Source: Heterodontus francisci
Lineage: Eukaryota
Direction of reading: 5' to 3'
Length of the DNA stretch: 64,000 nucleotides
Assembly: GCF_036365525.1 (NCBI RefSeq)
Contig: NC_090380.1
Span: 82,283,658-82,347,657, forward strand
The notes beneath the pieces are model-generated. The model was not told where the DNA came from and ran no database searches. It worked only from the letters and a program-made list of their open reading frames with translations. The position numbers were made by a program, and so were the translations under genes. Below, in pieces: positions 25,617 to 38,309 of the stretch (positions are counted from its first letter, which is position 1; each line of letters opens with the position of its first letter).

Positions 25617-27660
25617 TTATTAAGTATTCTAGCCTTGCCTTGTGCCTCTAAGCCTATATTACCCTCTTTGTTCCTAATAGGCCCCACTCCACCTCCTACT
25701 ACCTGATTACTATTTACATGCCAGTAGGAGATTTTGCGTTCCGCAATTCTATTCTCACATTCTCTCTTTGCCAATTTTATTTTCCTCTTCTCCTCCCCTC
25801 TCATCTTATTGCATTTGGCCTGGTTCTCACTTGAAGAATTCACCTGGCATGCATCATACACCCTCTTTTTTGCTTCAACATAATCTCTATCTCCCTCGTC
25901 ATCCATGGAGCCCTGTTTTTGGTTCCCTTACCTTTCGCCCTTATTAGAATGTACCTATCCTGTACCTGAAACATTTCTTCCTTAATGATAACCCATTGTT
26001 TCATAACAGTTCTTCTTCTCAGTCTTTGGTTCCATTTTATCCTGGTTTGATCCCTTCCAATTGCATTGAAATGAACCCTCTTTCAATCTAGCCATTCTAC
26101 CTTATATAATTCCTTGTTTTTCTGCATTACGAGTCTAAATCTCTTACCCAAGTGCTCCCCCACAGACACTTGGTCCATTTGGCCCACCTCATTTCCCAGC
26201 ACCAGATGCAGTAATGCTTCCTTTCTAGTTGGGCTGAGAACATACTGGTCAAGGAAGTTCTCCTGAACATAATCCAGAAATTCCTTCCCCTCCTTTCTCT
26301 TTACTCTAGAAATATTCCAATCGATACTTGGGTAATTAAAGTCACCCAATATCACCACTCTATACATCCTTCACATCTCTATGATTTCCCTACAAATCTG
26401 CTCCTCTATTCCTCTTTCTCACTATTTGGAGGCCTATAGAATACCCCTTGTAGCGTGATCATACCCTTTTTGCTTCTCAACTCTAACCAAATGGATTCTA
26501 TCCTTGCCTCCTCAAGGACGTCCCATCTTTCCAACACTATAATGTCTTCCCTAATCAGTGCTGCCATCCCACCTCCCTTTTGTCCTTCTCTATCTTTTCT
26601 GAGCACTTAATATCCTTGTATATTAAACGCCCAGTCTTCACCATTTTTAAGCTATGTTTCCATTATTGCCACTACATCATATTCCCATACTGCTATTTGT
26701 GCTTGTAGCTCCCCACTTTATTCACCATATTTGTGTGTTTACATACATGTATTCCTGTCTTTGCGTTCCTCGTAGCCCTTCTTAGTCTGCTCCTAATATG
26801 GAACTACTTCCTTCTCTATTACTGTCCAACATTCTCGCATTATTCCTCTTTTTTACTTCTATCTGCTGGTGCTCATCCCCCTGCCAATTTAGTTAAAACC
26901 CTCCCCAATCACACTAGTGAACCTCCTGGTGCGGACATTGGTCCCAGTCCTGTTGCGGTGCAATCCATCCCTTTTGAAAAGGTGCCTCCTGCCCAGAACT
27001 GGTCCCAAAGCCCCAAGAATCTCTCCTGCACCATGCTTCATTGACCCTCCCAACTTCCTATATCTACTCTTACTAGCGTGTGGCACTGGGAGTAATCCAG
27101 AAATTACTACTCTCAAGGTTCTGCTCTTTAACTTCCTCCCTAACTCCTGAAAATCTGCCTGTAGGACCTCAATACCTGCCTTTGCTATGTCATTGATACC
27201 AATGTGTACCACAACCTCTGACTCACTCCTTTCTCCCTGCAGAATATCCTGCATCCTTTCCACAATGTCCTTTACTCTGACACCAGGGAGGCAATACACC
27301 TTGCTGGACTCACGATGATGGTTACCAAAATACCTGCCTGACCCCTAACTATGGCATCTCCTATAAAAACAGCATTTCTATACTTTGGGGCTTCCTCCTG
27401 TACAGTTGAACATACAAACATACGAACTAGGAGCAGAAGTAGGTCATTCGGCCCTTCGAGCCTGCTCCAGTCCCTTACCCATTGGTACCATGGTCTGGAC
27501 TGCACTCCTTCAGGGTATCATTACTCGCAGCAGTCTCCAATGCTGAGGACCTGTTTAAGAGTGGCACACATCCCAAAGACTCCTATACCTCCTGCCTCTA
27601 CCTAGTCTTCTGAATGGCCACCCACCTAGTATCCTAAACCATAATCACCCTTTTACTATT
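25617..27660 (-). mobile_element. Degenerate CR1 5' portion (esterase-like ORF1 + APE endonuclease)
   Basis: CLPGVRVKDI...VVVHIGIND...DGLH (SGNH-like); RKDREGQKGGG, FYRPPN, ILGDFNYPSIDW. Confidence 0.85.
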
Positions 27661-27664
27661 TATA

Positions 27665-28070
27665 GGGGGAGACGGTGGAGTAGTGGTAATGTCACTGGAC
27701 TAGTAATCCAGAGGCCCAGGCTAATGCCCTGGGGACACAGGTTCAAATCCCACCGCAGCTGATGGAATTTAAATTCAATTAATTAATAAAAATCTGGAAT
27801 TGAAAGCTCGTCTTAGAAACTGTGCCATGAAACTATCATTGACTGGTATAAAAACTTACCTGGTTCACTAATGCCCTTTAGGGAAGGACATCTGCTGTCC
27901 TTACCTGGTCTGGCCTAAATGTGACTCCAGACCCACAGCAATGTGGTTGATTCTTAACTGCCCTCTGAAAAGGCCTAGCAAGCCACTCAGTTGTCAAGGG
28001 CAATTAGGGATAGGCAACAAATGCTGGCTCTTGCCAGCAATGCCCACATCCTATTAAAGAATAAAAAAAA
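27665..28070 (+). mobile_element. tRNA-derived SINE with CR1-shared 3' tail
   Basis: A box-like gtggagtagtgg, B box ggttcaaatcc. The tail gggataggcaa..aatgctggc..gaataaaaaaaa is shared with the LINE end at ~47340-47400. Confidence 0.8.
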
Positions 28071-28074
28071 TGCC

Positions 28075-28630
28075 TATTGAAGACTTTTGCATTTATTTTT
28101 ATGTTAGCTGCAAGTATCTTCTCTCTTTGCTGCACTTACTTCTCTTGTTACTTCCCCTCTGAACTTTTTATATTCAGCTGGATACACTTGTATTATTAAC
28201 CTAACATCTATCATACGCAACTTTTTTTTGCTTCATCCTACTCTCTATCTCTTTCATCATCCAGGGAGCTCTGGCTTTGTTTATCCTACTTTTCCCTCTT
28301 GTGTTAATGTACCTCGACTGTACCCGAAATATCTCCTCTTTAAAGGCAGTCCATTGCTCTACTACAGTTTTGCCTGTCAATCTTTGATTCCAATTTGCTT
28401 GGGCCAGATCTTTTCTCACCCTAATGATATTGGCCCTCCCCTAATTAATTATCTTTACTCTGGATTTCTCCCTGCCCTTTTCCATAGCTAACCTAAACCT
28501 TATGATACTATGATCACTGTCCCCCAAATGCACCCCTACTGACACTTGATTCATTTGACTGACCTCATTCACCAGAATCAGATCCAGCAAGGCCTCCTTC
28601 CTCGTTGGACTGGAAACATACTGATTTTTA
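28075..28630 (-). mobile_element. CR1 endonuclease/linker fragment
   Basis: MRKDLAQANW...EQWTAFKEEI...APWM. Confidence 0.75.
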
Positions 28631-28802
28631 AAAATTTTCTGTGACTAAATACATATGGTGGATCCCATTTCTATGCAATGATTTGTAAAGTTAAAGTAAA
28701 ATATATTTCTGTTTGCCAAAAAAAATTCTATTTTGTCTTCCCACAATAATTAATAGTGACTAAAGATACTCTTTTATGTTGTTAGACTTGAATTAATCTT
28801 AC

Positions 28803-28866
28803 CTGCAATTAGAAAGACGTGAAGCAAAGCACAAAGTCTGATCACTTGTGTTCCCAAAGGTATCAT
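28803..28866 (-). CDS. Leader (signal peptide) exon of VJ-C1-TM Ig-superfamily receptor gene: MIPLGTQVIRLCALLHVFLIA(V)
   Basis: ATG at 28866-28864, hydrophobic 21-aa peptide, phase-1 donor GCAG|gtaaga. Splices in frame to the V exon (G+TG = Val). A pyrimidine-rich acceptor (tatcttcag|) at 28881 implies a further upstream exon. Confidence 0.75.
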
Positions 28867-31567
28867 TTCATTTGTCTCATCCTGAAGATATTGGAATAGA
28901 AATCAATAACTTTGAGAAAACAGAAAATACTTTATTAGTACATTATGAAAGTATCATTCACAACAACAGCTTACACCCATACCATCAAGAAATGAGCCAA
29001 GGTGCTTCACAAATAGGTGTAAGGAAAACAGACCCTAAGCCAGGAAGGAAAACATCCGGATAGATGACTGAAAGCTTTGTCAATGAAATGGGTCATGAGA
29101 AGGTTTTTAAAAGTAAAGAGAAAGATGAAGATGCAGTGAACTTTAGAGAGAGATTCCAAAGATTAATGCTACAATATTTGATAAGGGCCGAAAACAGGCA
29201 TTAGGATCACGCTGGACCATTAACCTGTATCGTTCTTTGTGATGAATGCCTGCTCATTACCATGATTGTAGTGTTCAGACAGCACTACGTGCGCTGCTGA
29301 GTAGCTGCACGCCTGAACACAACGTGCAATATTTTGAATGCCAAGCACCACTTAACGCTAGCCCGCAGTACCTAAAGTCAGCATGCATCTCTTAAAGGGA
29401 TCATGACTGGAGTAGGTGATGGAAGTGGCTGGGGAAGAGTGTCTGAGCAGGAAGAGCATTGAATAATGACACAACAGAGCAGAGAGTGTGCTCCAAGTTT
29501 CTGCAATGCAGCACTGGATATCTTGGTGCAGGAGGTGGACAGGAGGAGAGATGTCCTCTATCCACAGGGGGCCAGGAGGCCCTCCAGGCAGACACTGCAA
29601 AGGCAGTGGTATTAAATAGCCGTCACCATCAATGCCAGCAATTTAGCCCCGAGGACCTGAATGGAGTGACACAAGAAATTCAAGTGGTAAAAGTTAGTGA
29701 ATTGATCTTCAAATTTCACATCCTTACACCTGAGCCACTAGCCTCACACACTGCTCAATTCACCACATCACAGAATCACAGAATTGTTACAACACAAAAG
29801 GAGGCCATTCAGCCTGTTGTGTCTGAGCTGGCCCTCCAAAAGACCAGTTTACCTAGTGTCCCTTCACTCACCTATCAGCCAACTCTATCAATCATGACTC
29901 AAAACCTCACATTCATGGCTTCATTCACGCTCACACACTTAGCACTGCTGCAAGCTTCACACCCACATCTCACAGCTTGCACATACTGCCAGTTATTCAA
30001 CCATGACAGGCACCATCACCCAAACAGATTGCATGACACTAACTGACTCACTTCCCTCTGTCTTGTAGGACAAGGTGGCACATAACCACAGGCAGGAGCA
30101 CCTAGCCAGCAGGGGCAGGCACGGCTGTATGTCCTTACCCCAATGGAGGAGACAGTGCTGGCCATCATTGGAACGGCCATGGCCAGCAGCAGGGCTGAAA
30201 GGATTGAACATGACAGAATCCTCATACCTAATCCCAATTCTTCTCCATGTATCCTACTTCCCCATCATCCCACAATCTCTCCTGATTTACAAACTGCAGT
30301 TGGTGTAAGCATGTTCCTCTTGCTTTCCTCCTTTTCTCTCACTGCAATCCTTCCCTTGTAACTTTTTCCTTTCAGATATCCAAGAATTGTAACCTGATCA
30401 GGTAGAAGCTAGAAGTGGAAGAGAAAGAAGGTACAGATGAAGAAGGAACACCGCCACTAGGTCTGACACTCACAGCTACTAGTTCAGATTCTGACACTGT
30501 GCATACTTTAGAAGGCAGCTTAGTGTCAGGATCTGTGCCTGGTAAGACACCGGGCACGTGACCAGCACTCAGGGCTGGTGGAAAGGATACTGCAGGAGCC
30601 AGTTTGCTGGAGAATGAAGTAGTACATGTGTCCTGCAGCAAAGGACTCAGATGGGCACTTCGATGGGACAGCCTACAGGAAAAAGCTGATCATAAAATGC
30701 TTGGTGCATTGGCAGGTCTGCTAGAAAGGCTGTCGACGCTGTTAAGGAGCAAGGAGGAGTCCAGCTCCAACTTGGGACTGAGCTTTGTGCTTGAAACCCA
30801 TCCTTTCCAGCATGGAAGTGATGGCCAGCTCCATTAGCACACTGGTGAACACAATCATGTTGCAGTGTCTGATGACCAATATCTGAGCTTCCATTGCAGC
30901 ACAAGCACATGTCACCCACTGTCTGGGTGCTGCAGTGCAAGTTCAGACTGCCGTCATCATGACTGTTGATTATAGTGTTCAAAGGGGCTTGCGGGGGGTC
31001 ACAGCAGGTCAGCAATCTGTCCTCCGAAACATTAACATGATTGTTGAGATGCTACTCAGGAAGACAGCATTCGTCCTCCCAGCACTGCCACTCTGCCCTT
31101 GCTGTTCCTGCAAGCCAAATAGTCCAGACTGCTGCTGCCCATGCTGAGATGGTGCAGTCCAAAGCTGGGCCTTCTAGGCCCAGGGCTGCATGAAGTCATC
31201 CTGCAAGGCCACCTGCAGTCTCCCCCACTAAAAGTCAGCAGCCTTCCACCCACCATGCTGCAAGCACTGGGGGTAGTAATGTGTAAGAAGACTAGGACAG
31301 GCAAAGGCATCTGCAAGACAGGAACAAAGGAAATGCAAAAAGGTGATTAGTTAACTTTTGTATGGAATATTGGATGGTTTGATTGATAAAGTTGGTTTTG
31401 AATGTTTTCTTTGTGGTACTTTTGTTTCAGCATTGTGGCCAAGAGGATGCTGCGATGCTTAGTAACTGAGGAAAGGTAAGGTGTGGGACTGCTGGTGAAT
31501 AGGGAATTAGAGTTGCGTTCACTCATTCCACAGTCAGATCATGGTCACCCCAGCCAGTAAGGGAATT

Positions 31568-31812
31568 GAAAAGCAAAATACTGCGGATGCTGGAAATCTG
31601 AAATAAAAACAAGAAATGCTGGAATCACTCAGCAGGTCTGGCAGCATCTGTGGAAAGAGAAGCAGAGTTAACGTTTCAGGTCAGTGACCCTTCATCGGAA
31701 CATAATCGGAGTTCCGATGAAGGGTCTGACCCGAAACGTTAACTCTGCTTCTCTTTCCACAGATGCTGCCAGACCTGCTGAGTGATTCCAGCATTTCTTG
31801 TTTTTATTTCAG
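31568..31812. mobile_element. Palindromic Penelope pLTR mini-insertion with two hammerhead motifs
   Basis: Arms 31598-31701 and 31711-31812 are near-perfect reverse complements. Flanking duplication agtaagggaa. Confidence 0.85.
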
Positions 31813-32937
31813 TAAGGGAAAGTGTTGGCTGCCCCCTCCCTTCCTGCTCCACCCCTGCTTTTCAGCTGCTATCCATATACTTGGGAGCAAGTGCTGTGCC
31901 TTCATGATGGTGAGGTTGTGCTGGATGCAGCAGACCTTGACAAATTATGAAACAGACTCTGGAGAGTACTGCAGGGCACCTCTAGTGCAGTTTAGGCAGC
32001 GGAAGCATTGCTTAAGTCTCCCCAATGGTCTGCTTCATTACATTTTGAGTGCCAGAATGGCTCTCATTGTATGCATGCTGCTCACGTGTGCGTGGGTTAT
32101 GCACCAGAGTCATGAGCCAGGCGGTTAGCAGGTATATCCTGTCATCCAGTTTCTGGTTTCTTGTGGTGGCTCAAATGCTAATGGTGCAGCAGACTGCTGG
32201 AGAATAAAGGCATTATGACTGCTTCCAGGATTCCAGGCATTGACCTGCATGATGCACTGAGTATGGTGGCACACATGTTGGACACTGATGGAGTAGAACC
32301 CTTTGCCATTGTGGTACATCTCTGAATTCATATGCAGCATCCAGAAATTGACATACATGTAACTGATGTCTGTTAATCTGTTACTTGTGTATCAGTTGTT
32401 TAATTATATGCAGGTGGAGGGTGTTAATTGGGGGCTTACTTGAGCACTTATAAGCAGTCAATTACTGAGACTGGTGAAGGGTTTTGAGTGAGGAGTTACT
32501 TGTTTGTGATCCTTTTACTCCGCACAATAAATATGAAACCGAGTAAAGATAGGCTCCAGCATCATCCTTCCACAACAAGCTTTCTGCAATTTAACAATGT
32601 CATCATGCACCATGTGGAAACTCACTCCCCTGACAAAGTCGTGTCCTCGCTCTGCCTGCTTCTCTCAGAAAGAGAGAATGCAATGAATTCCTCTGCCTCT
32701 GCTTACAGAGCATCAGTGACCTCACTTATACAACATTGGACGGTGAACTGCAAGATTTTGGGAATCTCGCCTGCTGCAGGCTGGATGGAGCCCGACTCAA
32801 CAAGGTTCATGGCCACAGTCAGCTTTACAGTCACTGGCAACTCTGTTCTCACCCTGTTCTGAGGCCGCAGTTCTGCCTGCAATAGGGGACAGATTTCAGT
32901 GAGCACCTCCTTCGTGAAGCAGAAACATGCACACATT

Positions 32938-33190
32938 AAAATAAAAGCAAAATACTGTGGATGCTGGAACTCTGAAATGAGAACATAAAGTGCTGGAAAT
33001 ACTCAGCAGGTCTGGCAGCATCTGTGTAGAGAGAAACAGAGTTAACGTTTCAGATCTGTGACCCTTCATCAGAACTAGCAAAAGTTGGAAATGTAACAGT
33101 CTTTGAGCAAGTGAAGGTAGGGAGGGGGAAGAAGAAAAAGAAGGAAGGTCTGAGATAGGACGGAGGGAGGAGAGATTAAATGACAGATGT
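32938..33190 (-). mobile_element. Penelope pLTR fragment inside the Harbinger transposase
   Basis: aaaagcaaaatactg..gatgctggaa..ctcagcaggtctggcagcatctg, with a hammerhead core at 33040-33076. Confidence 0.8.
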
Positions 33191-33454
33191 CACGGAACGG
33201 AATGCAAATGGAGTGCTAAATAGTTGTAGCGAATGTTCCTCACTGAGGTTGACACTGAAGAATTGCTACCTGAAGACCCTGTATATGGCCTCCTGCTAAA
33301 AGGTCTTCTTCCCCCTCCTCCTCCTCCTCCCTCTTCAAACAATGTCTCCTCCTCTGTGCCATTCTTGCCCATTCTCCCTGTCATGCTGCAAGCCAAGGCG
33401 TATTGAAACTATTGCACCCATGTCTGGGAGCAAGTGGTCTGACCAGAACCCATG

Positions 33455-35113
33455 AAGAGGTTCTTGAGCAAATTGGCATAGGGAGTGACAAGGTATTGGA
33501 GGTTTTGGAAGGCTTAAAAGTAAACAAATCTCCAGGTCTGGATGATTTGTGTCCCAGGATGCTGTGGGAGGCGAGGATGGAGATTGCAGGGGCTCTGACC
33601 CTAACTTTTAATTCCTCTCTAGCCAAGGGGGAGGTGCCAGAGGACTGGAGAACAGCTAATGTGGTCCCACTATTTAAGAAAGGTTGTAGAGATAAGCCAG
33701 GGGACTACAGACCAGTGAGTCTCACGTCAGGGGTAGGGAAACTATTGGAGAAAATTCTGAAGGGGAGAATCTATCACCACTTGGAGAGGCAAAATTTGAT
33801 TAGGAATAGTCAGCATGGCTTTGTCAGAGGGAGGTCATGCCTAACAAATTTGATTGAATTTTTTGAGCATGTGACCAGGTGTGTAGATGAGGGTAGTGCA
33901 GTTGATGTAGTTTACATGGACTTCAGCAAAGCCTTTGACAAGGTCTCACATAGGAGACTTATCAAGAAAGCAAATGCACATGGGATACAAGGTAACTTGA
34001 TAAGGTGGATTCAAAATTGGCTTAGCTGTAGGAGACAGAGAGTGATGACAGACGGCTGTTTTAGTGACTGGAAGCCAGTGTCCAGTGGCGTACCACAGGG
34101 ATCTGAGCTGGGTCCCCTTTTGTTTGTCATTTATATAAATGACATAGATGACTATGTGGGGGATAGGATCAGTAAGTTCGCGGATGACACAAAGATTGGC
34201 CGAGTGGTTAACAGTGAGGTGGAGTGTCTTAGGTTACAGGAAGATATAGATGGGATGGTCAAATGGGCAGAAAAGTGGCAGATGGAATTTAACGCTGAAA
34301 AGTGTGAGGTGATACACTTTGGAAGGAGTAATGTGACACGGAAGCATTCAATGAATGGCCTGACACTGGGAAGTTCCGAGGAACAAAGGGACCTTGGCGT
34401 GTTTGTCCATAGATCTCTGAAGGCAGAAGGGCAGGTTAATAGGGTGGTGAAAAAGGCATATGGGACACTTGCCTTTATCAATCGAGGCATAGATTACAAA
34501 AGTAGGGAGGTCATGTTGGAGTTGTACAGAACTTTGGTAAGGCCACAGCTGGAGTACTGTGTGCAATTCTGGTCGCCACATTATAGGAAGGATGTGATTG
34601 CATTGGAGGGGGTGCAGAGGCGATTCACCAGGATGTTGCCTGGGATGGACCATTTAAGCTATGAAGAGAGGTTGGATAGGCTTGTGTTGTTTTCACTGGA
34701 GCAGAGAAGACTGAGGGGTGACCTGATCGAGGTGTACAAGATTATGAGGGGCATGGACAGGGTGGATAGGGAGCAGCTGTTCCCCTTAGTTGAAGGGTCA
34801 GTTACGAGGGGTCACAAGTTTAAGGTGCAGGGCGGGAGGTTTCCGGGGGATTTGAGGAAGAACTTTTTTACCCAGAGGGTGGTGACGGTCTGGAATGCCC
34901 TGCCTGGGCGGGTGGTAGAGGCAGGTTGCCTCACATCCTTTAAAAAGTACCTGGATGAGCACTTGGCACGTCATAACATTCAAGGCTATGGGCCAAGTGC
35001 TGGCAAATGGGATTAGGTAGACAGGTCAGGTATCTTTAATGCATCGGTACAGACTCAATGGGCCGAAGGGCTTCTTCTGCACTGTATTATCCTGTGATTC
35101 TGTGATTCTGTGA
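33455..35113 (+). mobile_element. Young CR1 LINE, 5'-truncated, open RT ORF
   Basis: Uninterrupted ~520 aa: YRPVSLTS, QHGF, DFSKAFDKV, SGVPQGS, FADDTK, LEYCVQFWSP. (attctgtg)n 3' tail. Confidence 0.95.
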
Positions 35114-35669
35114 AGTGAGAGCCAAGGCCCTCGCCACATACCACACCACCTCCTGTAAGATATCAGCAACTTTAAGTAGCAGTACAAACCTCCAAGCACT
35201 TTTACTCACTCAGCAACAACCATTAGTAATCAATCAGTAACTAACCTGAAAGTGATTGATGATCCCTTTAATTAGCACTGCTGAATGCATATTCAGTTGT
35301 GCATGGTTAAGAGAGGGCATTAGCCAGACAGCTGAGGTCCAAAATGGTACTGTTAGATTCAAATCAGCATTGCAAGATGACTGATATCACAACCTGCTTA
35401 CTCTGCACGCGCTGCCAGCGCCACACTAATGACCTACCCAGAATGGTGACCAGCCTGGCCTGCACAGAAATGTGTGCGCGCAGCATGGGAGGCATTTTGG
35501 ATCCAAGATGGCACCCGTAGCACTGAAAATACAGGCACTTGGCAACCTAATTTTATGGCCTAAGAACAGGGCAACAGAAGGATTTGTGTTGAAGGGGGGA
35601 ATGCGCAGAAAGTTGGAGAGAGTGGAACTAAATGTTTGGGCTTGGTTCATTAACATACTCCCCATAGAT

Positions 35670-35972
35670 CTTTCTTTGGCCTCCTTATCTCGAGAGACAA
35701 TGGATGAGCGCCTGGAGGTGGTCAGTGGTTTGTGAAGCAGCGCCTGGAGTGGCTATAAAGGCCAATTCTAGAGTGACAGGCTCTTCCACAGGTGCTGCAG
35801 AGAAATTTGTTTGTCGGGGCTGTTACACAGTTGGCTCTCCCCTTGCGCCTCTGTCTTTTTTCCTGCCAACTACTAAGTCTCTTCGACTCGCCACACTTTA
35901 GCCCCGCCTTTACGGCTACCCGCCAGCTCTGGCGAACGCTGGCAACTGACTCCCACGACTTGTGATCAATGT
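35670..35972 (-). mobile_element. RTE LINE 3'-end copy with 10-bp TSD ccccatagat
   Basis: Highly similar to 8170-8472. TSD at 35660-35669 and 35973-35982. Confidence 0.92.
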
Positions 35973-36225
35973 CCCCATAGATATCAACAGGTAAAATACT
36001 TGTTTTATTTTTTGTACATTATTGATTTATTCGCTCATTTTCTCTCCGCTGAAGTCTTCTTGAATCACACATATCTACGACTGGGGAGGTACACAGCTGT
36101 TCCAAGGCCAGGAGCTACCAACCTGCAGCCCAGGGCCTGAGTCTTGGTCATTCAGCCCTCAAAACTCAGCTGAATCCAATCCTAGTTGCACTTATATTTC
36201 TTATTCATACTGATTTGAATGTTAT

Positions 36226-36614
36226 GGGCTGGAGTTTTGAAAATGTCTGTTTTTAGCACTGTTTAGTCAATAAATCTTAAATCAGAACACCCGGATTTAT
36301 GCATATCTACAGCTTTAGATATGTGCAAATAAATGAGAATGGATCCAAAATCTGTGGAGCAGATTTAACTTTTCAGCACCTGGGGCATACGAGTTTGGTG
36401 GGATATTTGACACGTTTGTACCGCATTCCACTTTGACACTGACTCACCCTAGGAAAATCTGGTTCATCAGGGTTTAGTTTCACTCAGTAGGATGTATAAC
36501 CTGGGTACTCGAAGGATGTTGCATGGTATGGTGTACACAGATGCAAATTCTACTTCAATAATTCCTGGTGTATCCCAACAGAAAATATTTTTTAAAATTA
36601 CATAACTCCAGCCC
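36226..36614. mobile_element. MITE, probably Harbinger-like
   Basis: TIR gggctggagtt ... aactccagccc; no coding signal. Confidence 0.65.
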
Positions 36615-37599
36615 AATAGTTTCCATCCATCCCAAACATTTACCCCCATAGCGACGATATTAAACTATTCCAGTTTCTCTGTTCATCTTTTGACAGAAGA
36701 ATTCCAATCCATTTCACAGGAACCAGTTTTCCTGGTTAAACAAGATTTTTCATTTGTGTTTGCTGACTATCTATATTCCTGCATTTGACGTGGAGATTTT
36801 AAAAAGTTTCAGTTTCCCTGATCACATGCACAAACAACATGAAGAAAATAAATATGGAGGTACAAGTGAACCGATAACCTGAGGTAACCTAAACTGGACC
36901 ATGCAGAACAATAAACAAATGTTTAAATGTGACGTGGTTTATCTCAGTTTGATGTTGACATGTCCCTATATATTAAAAAAGAGCTGCACTGGGCATGCTT
37001 GTTGGCATTTTTCTAACTGCCATGACAAAGAAACCAATAAAAGTTGGGTGAATTTTGCAAAGCTCTGCTGCTGGTGTGAAGCCTCACTGAACGGGATAAT
37101 TGATGAGGAGGTTAACAGTCATGATTCCCAGTGCTTCCAATTTTTCAGTGATTAATTTTAATCATTCGGATATTGGGAGCATCACAAATCAGGTTCATTA
37201 CCTCCACGCCTGATTCATCCACAGTCTGGGAGTGCAGCCTTTTAGGATTGACCCTGTGACCAATCTCCCTGGAGTGAGGTAAGTGGGTTTCATTCGGTCA
37301 AATTCATCCAAGGAGCACTAGGAGATGATAACCAAATCAATCGTGGTAATCTGATTTGATATCCAATCTGTAGCACTCTAGGATACTGTTGCCAGCCACT
37401 AGGACCTACAGTGATTAGACCCAAGACTCAGAGATGGGATTCTTTCCACTCAGCTCCAGATAATCCTGTAAGGCAATGCCCTAATAGGTGTAATTCCAGT
37501 TTATCAGGCAATGAAAAGCTTATTAGTGTCCCTTCTGGGAAAATTGCCCAATCACACTAGGGGTCCCTAACCTATGGATCTTGCACCTAGTTTTTTATA

Positions 37600-37931
37600 T
37601 TTAGAGATACAGCACTGAAACAGGCCCTTCAGCCCACCGAGTCTGTGCTGACCAACAGCCACCCATTTATACTAATCCTACATTAATCCCATATGCCCGA
37701 CCACATCCCCACCATTCTCCTACCACGTACCTACCCTAGGGGCAATTTACAATTGCCAATTTACCTATCAACCTGCAAGTCTTTGGCTGTGGGAGGAAAC
37801 CAGAGCACCCAGCCAAAACCCACATGGTCAGAGAGAGAACTTGCAAACTCCGCACAGGCAGTACCCAGAACTGAACCCAGGTTGCTGGAGTTGTGGGCTG
37901 CGGTGCTAACCACTGCACCACTGTGTTGCCC
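37600..37931 (-). mobile_element. HE1-type SINE
   Basis: Reverse complement of the SINEs at 23910 and 47965. Confidence 0.85.
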
Positions 37932-38309
37932 AATTTGTAGTGACCCGAAAGAGAGAGAGAGAATCTGCACTCCATAGCAGCCAAATGGAATCTCTGCTTA
38001 CATGGATTTCTTAAAAATGGTGATGGGTTTCGACACATCAGGCAGTTGGCTAACCAAACAATTTTTTAAAATGTATCTATTGTCATTTGGGGTGGAAGCT
38101 CTGATCCCTGTTGGTTTACCAGGCTTCTGCTTTCTATAACTATTGGCCATTGATCGATATAGTGGGAGGGGGGTGCATCCATGTTCCTTGTTGGTCTGGG
38201 TGACTCATTTATCAACCAGTCAGACCAGAGCCAGATCTCCAGAATTGGTTTCACAAATTTTGAGACTATTGACAGAAGTGGGAAAAACACAATTGCTCAT
38301 GTTTATAGT

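Larger units (their letters stand above)
29185..35560. mobile_element. Degenerate PIF/Harbinger transposon: Myb/SANT-like gene (+, ~29450-31350) and HARBI1-like transposase (-, ~31900-33400)
   Basis: NGKGFYSISVQHVC...PGSSHNAFILQQS; FTKEVLTEIC...LPVTVKLTVAMNL...ISEVTDAL. Imperfect ggcc..aaaa..agg termini, each next to TAA. Confidence 0.75.

Noticed and set aside
33403-35016. 537-aa ORF as a host gene
   Set aside because: 5'-truncated CR1 ORF2 with a typical 3' repeat tail.
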